A DNA stretch of 64,000 nt from Azolla caroliniana (GCA_043228905.1 JBHGNT010000020.1:3224001-3288000); one strand, 5' to 3'. Counted from the stretch's first letter, positions 13,120 to 26,750 are shown. Made by a program: numbers and translations. The notes: a model not told the origin generated them from the letters alone.

Positions 13120-16100
13120 TCATAAATAGTGATAGTGCAAGGGAAACCCTCTCAAGTGTTGTAAAACTAGATGACATAAGTCTATCTCCTCTTGGGACAA
13201 AATCCCCATACAACATAGTTGTGAAAATTTCCAAATCAATTTCCCTTTCATCCTACGGAGTTGTTGTGTTATCCCATGAAGTCCATCAAACAAGAACTCA
13301 TTTCTCAAGGTCCAATTAAACTAGATCCCCCAATATCTACGGTAACCAAAAACCACCTTATACGATGGTGTGGGCATAACTTTATTCTCATCCATGAAAA
13401 ACCATTTATAAGGTGACCAAATATTTCCTGTTATCGATGCCCAAATTTGTGACATAATCACCCAAATGGCCTTAGCAACCGAACATGTAATGAACCTATG
13501 TCTAGCATCTTCTTCAACCACCGTATAGAAAAAACATGTCCCATTCAAAATATGTCTTCGTTTTAAGGCCATCTCCAAAGGCAAGCCACCAACTATGGCA
13601 TGCCATGGAAACACCTTTGCACGGAATGGAAGATGAGACTGCCACCCTGCATCTAAAACTCTACACCACCACTTTACATTTCTAGTAATGCTCCATGTAT
13701 CCAACACCTTATTTGCTAACCAAGCTCTATCTTCAACCAAATTATGGTACACATCATTAGTGTGCACCACATAAATTGATTTCCCATTACCAAATGACCA
13801 ATCTTTCCATGGTTCCTCGACCACCAACTCTGGAATTGTTGAACCATACTAGATTCTAAACACTTAAATTTTCGGGTACTATTAACAACATGCCACCACA
13901 AAGCTGTAATTCTTGTTTTCCCATGGTAAATACCAACATTTTCCACAAAATAAGTAATTATTTCTGTCCAAGTTTGGGTACCTAAGCACATACCTTTCAA
14001 AAGATTGAATCTTCAAGCCACCATATGATCTTCTAAATTTAGTAAAGCAGCACCCCCTAACCGTTTTGGGGTACAAATATTGTTCCATGATACCCAACTC
14101 ATACCAATGTTTGTGTCTTTCTTCCATAGTGTATATTTAAGTGAACGAGCTAAATGATCAAGTGATTTCTTTGTCCACGGTACCAATGGTAAAAAATAAG
14201 GAATCATTGGAATCATTATAGCTTGTACCACTTTGAGACGAGTACTAAACGACCACACTTGAAACTTCCAATACATAAATTTGTCCACAATGGTTCATGA
14301 TATCCAATTCAAACTTTGTGATGAGGAGATATCAACACCAATAGGGTAACCTAAGTGTCGACACACATTCCCTTGATCTAATATTTGGCCACCCCATCGA
14401 AGATCAACCAAATCACTCTCAATGCATCTAATGAGCATCGACTTCTGCATATTTATATGTAAACCTGACGCCAATTTGAACACATTCCACACCTCCATGG
14501 CTTTAGCTATGTTATCAAGTGTTGCTTTGAAAAATAAAAATGAATCATCAGCCAATGCTTGGGCGATCAAATGTTTCCATGATGGTAGAGCTAATCCAAC
14601 TATTTCCCCACATGTCGCCAAGTCATGCATCCTCACCAAAATCAGGTGTGTAGCAATTGCAAATAATAGTGGACTCAATGGGCATCCTTGTCTAAGTTAT
14701 CTTTTCAATGGTATTGCCTTAGTAACTCCACCATTTAACATAATGTGTGACACTACACCTAATCCCACTAACAACGATATTCGAGACATCCTTTCCCCAA
14801 AACGCATAATATGAGACGTAAGTTGACTAACAAAAGACCAACTTACATGATCGTATGCCTTCTCAATGTCGAGTTGTATCATTACAATTTGTTGTTTGGA
14901 TTCCTTTGCATAATCCACTACCATTTGCACATTCAAAATATTATGCAGGATGTCCCTTCCCTCAATAAACCCATATTGCATTGGATGGACCATAGACAAC
15001 AGTTACACCTGTTGAAGTCTATTTGTGATTACTTTGGCAAAATTTTTATACATCCCACCCATTAATGATATCGGTCTCCATTGAGCAAAAGACATAGGAG
15101 ATGCAACTTTTGGTATAAGTTTAACCAGACCAATTTTCCATGAATGGGGCATTTTACTAGAACTCCACATTTCTTGGAATATCATTGTTAGAGGGGCTTT
15201 GAGTTCTTGTAAAAAGGCTTTAAAAAACTCATTCGTAATGCCATCCCAACCCGAGCTTTTATCAATTGTAAGATGTGATAATACGTATTCCACCTCCTTC
15301 TCCAATGCAATCATGTCATGTTGCCCATCACTCACCTTGACTGAGTTAAATAACATCGATTGCGCTTGTGTTATGTCATCATTCATAATATAGTCTTGCC
15401 CAAGGTTGTTAGGTACGGTATAGATACCATACGTATTTAACGTATTAATACCCGTATAGTACCTCCCAATTTAAAAATACGTTAAATACGTTTTCTTAAT
15501 ATGTTAAATACTTATAAAATACGTTAAATACGTATTTTACGTATAGTACGTTAAATACTTCTAGAATTTGAAAATTATTTACCTTTCAAAAAAATATCTA
15601 TAATATTGTAAAAAACATCTATGTTCACACAATTTTGTGATGTACAATATAGTTCTACATCCTAAAATGCATATAAGACATTTGAACATTTCACATCCTA
15701 AAATACTTGTAGTAATATGGATGTCGACATTCCCTTATTCTATAAATCAGTGTAAGTGTGTATCACGATGTTCTACTTCAAATTGTAATTATTTACAATT
15801 ATGCCTTCATAGATTGAGGAATCGTCTACGATTATCACGCTTATGATAGGTTTCTCTTTTCTTCATTTTCTTCTTCTTCTTCTTCTATCTTTTGTGATTA
15901 TCACACTCAAGACAGGTTTATGTCTTCTTTTCTCTCTTCTTCTTCTTCTTCTTCTTCATCTTCTTCTTCATCGTCGTCTCTTCTATTCTTCTTCCTTCCT
16001 TTGGCTTCATTTTCACTAAAATCTTTTTTTTCTTTTGCTTTTTGTTAGGGTTTTACTTACATTTTCTTTATAAATACGTATTATACCTGTTTTTTTATAA

Positions 16101-17480
16101 ATACGTTAAATACCGTATTGGACAAACGTACATGATGTTTGACTGAACAACATTGAGGTATAATACGTACTATACAAATGATGAGGTATTATACGTATTT
16201 AAACATTAAATACGGGTACGTAAACAACCATGGTCTTGCCCAAAAATATTCGTGAAATGTTTACCACAATTATCAATAATCACTTGTGGGTTTGTATTCA
16301 AAGTTCCATCAATCTCTACACTTACCACATTCATTCTAGCATGAGATGCCTACAACCCATGGTCAAACTTATGTGAATTACAGTTGTGATCATGCAGTTC
16401 ATTTTTCATAGCCATCACTCGTGATTGTTGATAACTGCGAACCTCCAATACTTGTAAGGCTTGTGACAATGTCTCTTGAATATCCAACAACACCTCATCA
16501 AATGGAATCTTTACCAACAATGCCTTACATCTATCTAGAAAGTGTTGTAATAAACTCATCTTTTGTTTATGGATAGATGCTTGATAAATTCCATAATATC
16601 ACGTAAACTGTTGAATATTGGAAAGACAAATATCCCATGATGAAACACCGTCGACATTGACTTGTCTTGTAAACTCCCCCACCAATTATCCCATAACATG
16701 CTTAAATTTATCATGTCCAAGAAAAGATGAATTAAATCTCAATGGTTGTCTCCTCAATAATGATCTAAAACCATCCACAGTTTGATGTGTGCATTCCAAA
16801 ACAATTGGGGAATGACCTGATGATCCAATCCCCCTATACATTTGCATAGTCAAAAACTCTGGCAAGAATGTATCATCATGCATAATATAAATGCGATCTA
16901 GTATACTCCAAGTTGATCTATATTGTGCCGATTGAAAGGTATAACCAACATCATTTCCATTGATCCAAGTCCATGCATCATACCTTATGACATCCATCAT
17001 AAAAAAATCCCATACCTCTCGTTTTGGAGCTCCATCAAGCCATGCATCGAAGTAGATTGGCCCATCTCAGAACACATATTAAAATCCCCTAACAAAAAAC
17101 CGGATCTCCCATGAAGCAAAACTTGATTTAAGCATCTCCAAAGTTCCATACGATGTCTTGCAACATTCGATCCATAAATACCAACCACGCAAATCTGTTT
17201 CCCTTCATAATTAACTTCAACCACCAAAAACCGACCATGTACATCTCTTTGAACCACTACCGGTTTCAAGCTATCCCTTATAATAAGCATTACACCCGAA
17301 TAAGGGCCCCCATTGACTCTAGCATAAAACATGTGATATTTCTTATGATTAAAAGAAGACCCAGACTTAGCATGCTCCTTATGTTCTACTGCACATAATA
17401 TATCCCATTCACTATTAAAAATTCTTTCCCACATACCATACTGCTTGGACGGAGAAAAAATTCACCTTACATTCCATCTG
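13120..17480 (-). pseudogene. LINE ORF2 (endonuclease, RT, zf-RVT), broken and interrupted by a MITE
   Basis: Serial minus-strand ORFs carrying EN, RT and zf-RVT motifs. Confidence 0.92.
15401..16232. mobile_element. Non-autonomous hAT element (MITE), 832 bp, inserted in LINE ORF2
   Basis: 8-bp TSD GTCTTGCC (15393-15400 and 16233-16240), TIRs CAAGGTTGTT / AACAACCATG, many subterminal AATACG(T) repeats, internal (CTT)n. Confidence 0.92.
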
Positions 17481-17497
17481 ACTATCTTCATCACTTA

Positions 17498-18774
17498 CTA
17501 GTTATATTGCTTCTTGGCTTGTTCTTGTTCCTGTTGTGTCAATATCTTTGGTGTATCACCGAAGTAATCACTTATGACTGCAAATGCATTTTGCACAGAT
17601 GGTCGATGATTATTGGTGGATCCCATTGTACCCCATGAATTGTCTCTTTTCCAATTTTGTTTTTCTAATGGTAAATTGATTTTACCGTTCTTATCAAACC
17701 TAAGGTTGAAAGGTTTTGTCCCTTGATTGGATTGTTTATATTGTGACCCTTGCCACGGTTTTGACCTAGCTTTCAATTTATCATAATTATGTGCATGTGA
17801 TAACCCCATAGGATCCCTAGAGGAACTACCCCTCTCTTGCTCATCATGTGCATAAACTTTGTTTTTTTGGTACCTTGGATGATTTACCTTAGAGGCCACC
17901 TTAATCCAAGATCCACCCTCATCCATTAAATCTTTTCTTCTTTCTTGAATATCTTTGTCATTATGTTCCAAAATAACGACACTCTTACCTTTCTCCACAT
18001 TTGCCCCCTTACTTTTCAACACCTCATTATCATTTAGTATAGAGTCTGGCATTAACTCATTACCATGGGAATTATTACTCACCTCCATTTCCGGTGTTTG
18101 ATGATATTCTTCCATGAAATGGCCTAAACGACCACATCGAAAGCAATGACCGACAAATGATCCCCAATGCAATTGGCAACGGAATGACCTCATCTCCGCA
18201 GTCTTTATATTTAGCCCCAAAGGTCTCTTTTTTGTTGTATTCCATAGCATACATAACCGATATCTATTATATGCTTTGGCATTTGGGGCTACTATCACCT
18301 TTCCCAATTGTTCCATAACACCTTGAATTATAGGCCATAAAAACGAAAATTTATGCTCTACCTCCACCCATATTGGACACTCTTGTTTCAAAATTTCTTG
18401 AAACTCGGCTAGTGGTTTCCAAGGGAAAATATAGACTAAATTATTATTGTAAAAAACAAGCAAACGCGATAATAATCTATCCTGTTGTTCTTTGGTTCGA
18501 AAATGACCTCAAAAAACCCAGGTGGACCTTTATACATATCTTCCACACTATTTCTACCAATCATTGCATTTATCCATTGAGCCACCCAATTTACTAAAGG
18601 ATTTTTCCCTGTACAGAAACAAAAAATGCCTCTCTCATGAAACATAGAAAATGCCTTTAAGATTTCTCTACGTGGCATCTCCACCTTGACAAACTCATCC
18701 ACTTCTACATTGGCCACCATATCTGTAGTATCCGGTAAAATCTTATGGAGTGCTTCCTTAGCAACTACATACAA
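17498..18774 (-). pseudogene. LINE ORF1 (nucleic-acid binding, zinc knuckle), frameshifted
   Basis: ORFs 18436-18774 and 17498-18463 with CPIWVEV and a CX2CX4H motif, upstream of the endonuclease. Confidence 0.8.
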
Positions 18775-19356
18775 TACATCCTAATATTGTGCATTCCTCA
18801 CCTTCTCCCATAACATGTGCATATGATGGTCTTGGTATCATATCTATATCCCCCTCATGCATATTATTAATGCAATCTTTTGTTTCTTCAAAAAAACCTC
18901 ATCTTCTCCTTCTCCTCTCTTAATTTGTATTTGTCTCTCAATTATACCTTCATCCATTTCTTCCATATAAACTACACCCTAATTATAAGGAAAAGGAAAT
19001 TAATAGGAGGATGATTAACCTGAAATAGACACGCTGACATTCGAGCTTGCCGTCGAAGAAGAATGTTGTTTTAGCACTTGCCCAATTATGTCGATGTAGT
19101 CGCAAATAATTGTTCCTCTCGTGTCTCCTCCTCCTCCTCCTCCTTTTTCTTATGATTTTCTAATTTTGTCCTACTTTGTTTCTCTGATTTTCATGTTTCT
19201 CCTACTCCTCTTCTCTCTCTCTCTTTATTGTAATTAACTTACTCTAGTAGTAAGTTGTTAACACTACAAGTATTGCGTCTTGGGTTCGAAACCCAATTTT
19301 CTCACTTCTCTCTATTATATACTTCATATATATCTCTTAATTCACTAGATGCCACT

Positions 19357-19428
19357 GTGGAATGTAGGGGTTTAACCCATGACCACCTGGTCTCCATTGG
19401 GCAACCTTACCAACTAAGCTACATCCAT
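19357..19428 (-). other. tRNA-derived (Ala-like) sequence / SINE-like head
   Basis: Minus strand GGATG-TAGCTTAGTTGGTAAG...GGGTTAAACCCC-TACATTCC: A-box and degenerate B-box at tRNA spacing. The anticodon arm is not intact. Confidence 0.5.
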
Positions 19429-19440
19429 CCAGTCTTCATA

Positions 19441-19445
19441 TCTCT

Positions 19446-19494
<49 letters not shown>
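19441..19494. repeat. (CT)n microsatellite
   Basis: Direct observation. Confidence 0.95.
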
Positions 19495-19496
<2 letters not shown>

Positions 19497-20199
19497 TTGC
19501 TTTCTCTTACGCTCAGCCACAACTTCGTGCCTCTCACACAGTCCACGTTGCCTAAGCTCTAGCGCTCACTCAGTGCTTCTTCACTTCGCACTCTCTATTT
19601 TCTCACGTGCTCTCGCTATTCACTATCTTCTTTTCTTTGCGCAAGTAATCAACACCAATAACCTAACTACTATATATATACATACATATGTATATATGTA
19701 TTCGACCATTCGGCCTCTCGGCCGATTTTGGCCAGCCGACTCTTGTTCGACCGATGTAAGCTTTTCAACCGTCTCCCCCATCAGGAGGGATAGTCTTTCA
19801 TAACAAACATTAATACTTCAACAACCGTTTAAAATTATGGTAAAGTTGAATGTTCATGGAAATCAACTGAAGGCATTGAGCAAATGCATTTGGTACGAAA
19901 TTCAAATTAGTTTTTGATTAAATCAATTCAAAACTCTTGAAACTGTAATGACATTCCTGATTATTGAGTGAGTAGATAGATAATGAAATACTTTACAAAT
20001 GTCACTTTGGTGATTCTATTTTATAGAAATGGAGACCATGCAACATGACCATTCTTTGAAGGTGCTTGATAAAGGAATTTTACAATATCTTTAGTCACAT
20101 TTCAATTGGAGTCCATATGAATTTGTTATGCTATTTTCATTGAAGAATAGTTGTGCCCACTTTGTTACAATGCCAACCACCCTCTTCTGATTTAATTGA

Positions 20200-21100
20200 G
20201 GTTCAAAATTCTTATCCTAGCACACCCTCAAGTATACATAGGGATGCAAACTACCAAAAATGAAATGCAAACTACCAAAAATTTGAGAAATGTAACTCCA
20301 AATCTGACAAGCAATCAAACATTGTATGACACAATGTGTACTATCTTTCATTTGAGTAGTGCAAAAGAAACAATTGCTCGTTGACAATCCACGTAGCTTT
20401 AGAGTTAGGGATTGTAGATGATTCCAAGAAAACCATGTGATTCCCATCTTATACCTCTTCCTCCACAACAAATATCGAAGAGGTTACAAAATAGAATGCA
20501 AAGCTTTCTTTGTCCATGGCACCAATGACAAGTAATTTAATAACATGGGTTCTATAATACATTGCACAATCTTTAGGTGTACGTGAAATGACCAAGATTG
20601 TGACTTCCAATACATGAACTTATCCCTTAACTTGTTCGACATTAATTCAATCATTTGGCCACTCGTAACATCCATTCCCAATTGATACCCCAAGTGTAAA
20701 ACAATAGAGCATTTTCTAATCGTGGATTCTTCCCATCCTAGTTATTCCAAATCCCTTTCAATACATGCGATTATACTATACATTCTCCAATGAATATGTA
20801 TTCTAGATGCCAATGTAAATTGTTTCCACACATGCATCCCTTTTTGAAGATTCTGACATGAACCTCATAGAAACGTGAAAGAATCAACTATCAAAGCCTA
20901 TGCTACCATAGGTTGCCCACAAATGGAATGTGTAGACCCACAATGTCATCATTAGTTGCAAGCCTTGATAACTTCACCAAAAAGGGATGAGTAACAATGT
21001 CAAACAACAATGGGCTAAGTGGGCATCCTTGACAAATAGATCTTGTGAAGGAAAATATATGTTGTAAATCCCCCATTAAGCATTACTCTCAACACCATAA
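20200..21100 (-). mobile_element. Second, older L1 LINE ORF2 fragment
   Basis: QGCPLSPLLF, DKFMYWKSQSWSF and CFFCTT..DSTHCVIQC, homologous to the 13.1-15 kb LINE. Confidence 0.85.
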
Positions 21101-21101
21101 T

Positions 21102-21250
21102 ATGACAAATCCTAATACTAACCATGATACTAACTTTGAATTTGTATGTGTATGTGCATATGATAAACCCTAATACTAACTATGGACGTGTATGTGTATA
21201 TGCATATGATAAACCCTAATACTAACTATGGATGTGTATGTGTATGTGTG
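21102..21250. repeat. ~46-bp minisatellite, about 3 copies
   Basis: gataaaccctaatactaactatggaYgtgtatgtgtatRtgcatat repeated. Confidence 0.85.
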
Positions 21251-21359
21251 AGTTAAGGGCGCCTTTTTGGCAATCGAGGAGGCGAGATCGGTTTTGACCT
21301 ACTACACTACTACTCGTTGATGGTAGCAACGCCTCTTCTTATGGTGGACATTTCACACA

Positions 21360-22520
21360 CCAGTTCATTTCTAAGCATGTCATTGTGTGATGCATAAGAA
21401 AGTGTTGCTATGTGACATTTTTTTATGAACATTGCTTAGTTATGCATTCAAATGTAGAAGTGTCAAAAACTCTACATTCGTCTCGTAATGACTTAGCAGT
21501 GCGAGTGACAGGTTAGGGTACTTTGACCCACTCAAGTAATGGCAATTTTTAGCAAGTACTAGCAACCATTGTTCCATACTTTGTATATGATTCCAATCTA
21601 CCATGGAGAGTGTATGGTCAATGAACTGATTAGCAATGGGCTTGTCACTTGTGGTACAAATCAAGACATCTCTTAACTTTCGGGATTTGTGATACATAAT
21701 TAGAGTTGAATTCCATCTAGTAATGCAATCTAGACACGATGGTTCTTGTTCCCCATTCTCATGCATGGTTTTTGATTATTTTTTAAATATAGTTGTACCC
21801 ACTTTACTTGTATGTATAGAATGTAATGTCTTCCTTAACTTCATAGTAGGAGTAATAACTTCTAATGCAGAGTTTACACCAAGTTGATATGTATGCACCA
21901 TGCATCCTAACATATGTGATGATTGTAAAATGTCTTGCCCATGATGACTAAGTAATAACCGAGCCAATTCTTTTGATGCAACTAGAGATTCACTAGCACC
22001 ATCAGAAGTTGCAGATAGAATACATGAAGACATACTCAATGACTTTAGACACGAGAATAAAGCTTTTTTGACACATTTTCCTACCCCATCTCCTAGAAAG
22101 ACATCTAGAAAGTGTAAGAGCACACCAGTTGGCTTACTAGACTCCATAGAGACCCAATGTAATGTCATGGGATAAAATCCTTTCACACTATTATATGTCC
22201 ACCCATGATAAGTTATAGCATATCTAAAACTTTGTGAGGAAAAATAACTAATACTTAAATGACGAAGAACCTGTAGATGTAGAGCTATTAATATTATGCT
22301 TATCTAATAAATGCTTGGCAGTAGAACCTATAGATGTAGAGGTTGACCATAACTAGTGATAATAAGCACATCGACGTTTAGATGCATCTCCCTCCTTCAT
22401 GGTGACCATGTGTTGCTCGGTCCATGAACTTCTTTTTCTTGCCCTTGATTTGATTCTAGGGATGGATACTGATGTTGCATCTGTGGGTGAAGATAAAGGA
22501 GTTGTATCTTGACTATCTTC
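21360..22520 (-). pseudogene. hAT-family transposase pseudogene
   Basis: BED-finger start (RSSWTEQH..RRCAYY), MTLHWV, SATSDGAS, CMVHTYQL (CxxH), DCITRWNSTLIM and SGSKYPNLS are canonical hAT motifs. Confidence 0.88.
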
Positions 22521-23769
22521 CATGTTTATGTATATACCTATACATAAATTAAAAAACATAGAATAATCAATAAAAATAAGACAAAAAATTTGAACAATAA
22601 ATGAAATTGGGTGCTTGAGATTGTGAAATGGATTCAAATATAGGGACTTGAAGATTCATTGGAGCTTTCAGGTAATTCTATGAAGTATGTGAGCATTGAC
22701 GATAGTATAATCCCTTTTCTAGGAATGAGTACAAGATTATATGTTCATATGGGCCTGATATGGGCCATACGTTGTCGTAGTGTATTTCGTACACTACGTG
22801 AAAAAGTGAAAATAATATAACCGATTTAATTACATATAAATAAATAAAATAATATATCAAGATATTTATCACATGCATAGGGCAAGATTTGAACCTTGTA
22901 CCTCCACATAGCCAAACCTCAACTTTACCATTATGCTACCTTATCTTTAGTGTTCTACAAATAGATTTAATAACTATAAGTGCTTTATTTGCACCTACCT
23001 TTATTAAAAGGTAAATCGTGCATTTTTAGAGTGTGTGAATATTTTATAGAAAAAACGCAAGCAACTAAAAAGTGACTCGTGCACATCTAGCGTGCATGAG
23101 CACTATATTTAGCAAATAAAAGCAAGGATTAGAAAAGCATCACATGCACATTTAGTGTGCATGAACATATTAGAAAAAAAGCATGTAGCTATGCTTAGTC
23201 TCTCCCATCACTACATAAGGATGGGGAGCACAATGTAATAGGTGTGTGAAATATTTGGAAATTGGATATATTTCCGAAAACACCAACCGATTAATATAAT
23301 CGTGGGATTCACGAAAATAATATAATCTATACTTGTGGGATTCACAAGTTTCTTATATCTTTCTTTCAATCTAAATACATATTCTTGTCTAAATATTGAT
23401 TAATCGAATAAAATACACTCGTGGGATTCACGAAATTTCTATCTCTCTTTCTAATAATCTATTCATTACTAGCCTCATCTCATATTCTTCTTTCTCCTAG
23501 TCCAAAACCTCGGCGGTTCCCACCCGACTCACGCAACGATCCGGAGCCGAAAGGCACGACAACGTTAAAATACGCGTTCTGGTGGATGATGGAAAATATT
23601 TTCTATTCTCTTCTCTCTCATATATGCTATCAACATGAATGTATTTATGGATGTGTATTGATTTCCCACAAGCAATTTGTCAAACTCAATCCATGGTTCA
23701 GTTACTAATCCTTAAAAACAATTGATATTAATTACTAATCTTCAAACTCAATCCTTGGTTCAGTTACAT

Positions 23770-24175
23770 ACGACAACATAAACGACAAAGCTTTCAACAA
23801 CATAAACGACATCCTGGTTTAATGACAACACTTTCGACAACATAAACGATATCTTGGTTTGATGACAAAGGAAACATTTGGCCACATCACTTGCATATCA
23901 TCAGTGCCTTAAAAACTATATATATGCAAGTACAATTCTGAAATTTCTTATTCGTGAGCAACAAAACCTAAAGAGTCAACATCAATTCCGAAATTTCTGA
24001 ATAATAGGCCACACAAAGCTTTCAACAATATAAACGACATCTTGGTTTGATGACCAAGGAAGCATTTGGCCACATCACATGCATATAGTTAATGCCTTAA
24101 AAACTATATATATGCAAGCACAATTCCGAAATTTCTGATTCATGAGCAACAAAAGCCTCAAGAGTCAACATCAAG
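23770..24175. repeat. Two imperfect tandem copies of a ~170-200 bp unit (from ~23785 and ~24013)
   Basis: acaaagctttcaacaa...catttggccacatcac...ccttaaaaactatatatatgcaag...gagtcaacatcaa appears twice. Confidence 0.85.
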
Positions 24176-24529
24176 TATGTTAGCAATGAGCATGTACACA
24201 GTACGTGGGGGTCGGTGATAGGTATTGCCATGGCCCTCCAGGACTCATTAGATCGTAGAAGGTTGAAGCCTGAAGAAGTGCACTATGCACTAGTGCAAGT
24301 TGCAAGAGGTCCTCGCTTGTCGTGTGCAATCTCCCTCTCCTTTTCTCTCACTCACTCTCCCTCAGTCTCTTTCTCAAGCCCCTCTCTCTCTCTTTAATGT
24401 CTGTGACTCAACAGAGAAGGCAATGAATAGTCGACTCTCTACTTTACCCTTCTAAGTTCTAACTGTGGTGTAACTTAAAATTTTGAATTGTTTAATCTTT
24501 TTAACATTCATGAATGACCTAAATTTAAT

Positions 24530-24890
24530 AATCGGCTTAACCAGTTTGAGCCGGTTTGCTAGGGCACAAGCTGAGCTGAGCCGAGCTCAAACCTTTTAAC
24601 TAGGCTCAAGCCTCAACCAAACCAAACCGAGCAGCTAAACTGGTAACCGGTTTAGCTAAATAGTTTAGGTTTGAGACGAGCCATTGCCGATTCCTAGGTT
24701 TAGCCAAGCCGATTAAGCCTTAACCCGCCCGGTAACCATTTTAGGCTTAAATGGTTTGAGCAATCCCAAATCGAGCTCAAACCGGTTAAAGAAGCTCAAG
24801 CCTAAACCGAACCAAATTGAACTGGGAACCGTTTGTCAATGCGGTTTGGCCGTTCGGTTTACGCTTGAGTCAAGTTGTTGCTGATTCTTA
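24530..24890. mobile_element. hAT-type MITE remnants (two terminal segments)
   Basis: Dense AAACCG/CCGAGC subterminal motifs ending in TTGCCGATTCCTA (~24696) and TTGCTGATTCTTA (~24890), resembling TAGGGATGGCAA-type TIRs. Confidence 0.55.
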
Positions 24891-26403
24891 CCAAGACCCC
24901 CTATGGTCCTGCTCAAGTAGCACATGTACAATGCATAACTTTGCAACAACGTTTGGAATTATCTTGTATGAATTTGCGATAGAAATTTACAAATCTTAGA
25001 CAACATTACACATCTCACACAAAACGTGTAGTTGGCCAATCTAACACTGTTTGGATAGTTGGATCAATAGAGATTCCTTAAGAAATGATGTAACCTAACA
25101 ATTCCACTTACTTGCAATCTAAGCTTCACTTCTCTAGTTTTGAATAAAGGCCATATTCAAATAGTCATTGTAGTACTTGACGAACATTGACATCATGCTC
25201 CTCTTGTGTTTTTTAATAAATCAATAGATGATCAAAAAGATGTCCAAGAAATGTCAAACAATATCATTAGCCATAGATTGGAAAAATTCTCATGCATTTG
25301 AATATGAGGAAACTATGCAACTTCTCCACACAATCTTCAACAAGGGTGACATAGACATTAAACGATCCAAGGGATAAAATAACGACTAATCCAAGTACGT
25401 TTCTAAAAATCCTTGCTGAACTTGTATGAAGAAAACCAACATTCTAGAGGTTCTTAGATTAACTATTAAAAAACTGAACCCAAAGATTAGAAATATGAAC
25501 ACATCACATTTATGAGTTTATGCAATCATATATAATAAGTACTACAATGACATCAAACATCCAAACTATGAAGACATATTTAAGGACGAGTTAGCCATGA
25601 TAATATAATTTCTTGACGGAATTTTGAAATTGGTCCTTTACCATTGATACATTCCACGATCTATTTTAAGTAAACGCTTGAATTAATGTGAATGAGCACC
25701 AATTGCCCTCTTAATTCTTGTTGTGAATGGAGAGATTGGTGCAATTAATGTGTTTGATATGTTAATAACTTTTCGCATCGTAGGAACCTTAATTAGAGTA
25801 TTTGCTTAGATCTCCCTTCAAACCGTTCTATGGGCTTGGTCATCAACATATTTTTGGGAAATGTTGTTTGTCGTTACTTTTCCTTATTCGAGTAAACCTC
25901 TACACCAAGTGTTTAAATTGCCGATGTTGATTAGACTCCAAATATTAGAAAGAAATTTGTCCTATGGAACATTACACTTCCTCCATTTGACATTCATCAT
26001 GCGCCATTGAATCATCTCATGCAAAGATGTAGGAAACATCTTATATGCTAATATTTTTGTGTGCAATGTATTAATCTACCAATACAGTGCACATAATAGC
26101 AATGTGTATATCAACTTTCACGAAGACTGTAGTATAGAAGAAACATGTTCTATTTTTAAACTTGATAATATAATTAGTGAACTTGAGCACTTCATGAATA
26201 TGGAAGTAACACTTTGCAACTACTATGTAACATATACCATACCTAGGTGCATCAGAGGAGAAATGGAAAGGTGTTATTACATATGAAATCATATCTTTAT
26301 TAACCAATAAAGACAACTTTATTTTTGTGCATGATAGTTACATTATGAATCATGCATTGTCTTATGGAACATGATTAACATGGAATTGGAAAAGTGATTG
26401 AAT

Positions 26404-26652
26404 TTAATCATCATCTTCTGATGGAGTTGGAGCGGGAGGAATTGAAGATGAGGGAGGAGTCGATGGAGTAATAGGATTTGAGGCAATAGGTGGAATAGGA
26501 ATTGGAGAAATAGCTGGCCTTGGAATTATAGATGGGCAAGGCTCGAGCTCAGGCTCATCAGCATAGGTTATTGATGGCCCCTGAACGACTAAGATTGTCA
26601 CGAAAAGAAAAATACACAAAAGTCGGAATCGTTGCAACTCCATCTTCCCCAT
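26404..26652 (-). CDS. Small secreted proline-rich (AGP-like) peptide, copy A, 82 aa
   Basis: ATG in ACCATGG context (the ORF-track start at 26688 is TTG). Signal-peptide-like MGKMELQRFRLLCIFLFVTILVVQGPSITYA followed by a 51-aa Pro/Ser/Thr/Ile-rich region ending EDDD. TATAAA ~100 bp upstream and AATAAA ~80 bp downstream. Frame is kept in three copies. Confidence 0.8.
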   Translation of the reverse strand: MGKMELQRFRLLCIFLFVTILVVQGPSITYADEPELEPCPSIIPRPAISPIPIPPIASNPITPSTPPSSSIPPAPTPSEDDD

Positions 26653-26750
26653 GGTATAAAAGAATTTATAGATTGAATAACACTTCAATATTGTATGGAG
26701 TATGTAATTAGGTTAGACTGTGCTCCTACTAAGCTTCTTCCCCCCGTGCC

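Larger units (their letters stand above)
13100..19220 (-). mobile_element. Near full-length degraded L1-clade LINE
   Basis: ORF1 (18774-17498) carries the knuckle CFRCGRLGH. ORF2 has an APE endonuclease (LLGDFNM, SILDRIY, SSGHSPI), RT (KSSGWDGIT, WRPISL, LDIEKAYD, ALADDS) and zf-RVT (CFFY..EEDARHRFITC). Confidence 0.93.

Noticed and set aside
19830-20200. Possible inverted LINE segment (NWSPYEF similar to IWSPYKW)
   Set aside because: Similarity is too weak to support by eye.
23209-23220. CACTACATAAG as a CACTA terminus
   Set aside because: No matching opposite terminus or 3-bp TSD was found.
26059-26286. Repeated plus-strand ORFs MCNVLIYQ.. (also 49350, 55882), MISFHFSA.. and MDAFP..
   Set aside because: Mostly non-ATG starts, no recognisable features, and not consistently intact in copy B; they recur only because the DNA is duplicated.
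26653-26688. 94-aa version of the peptide starting MKCYSIY
   Set aside because: That start is TTG. The first ATG (ACCATGG context) is at 26652; the same holds for copies C and D.
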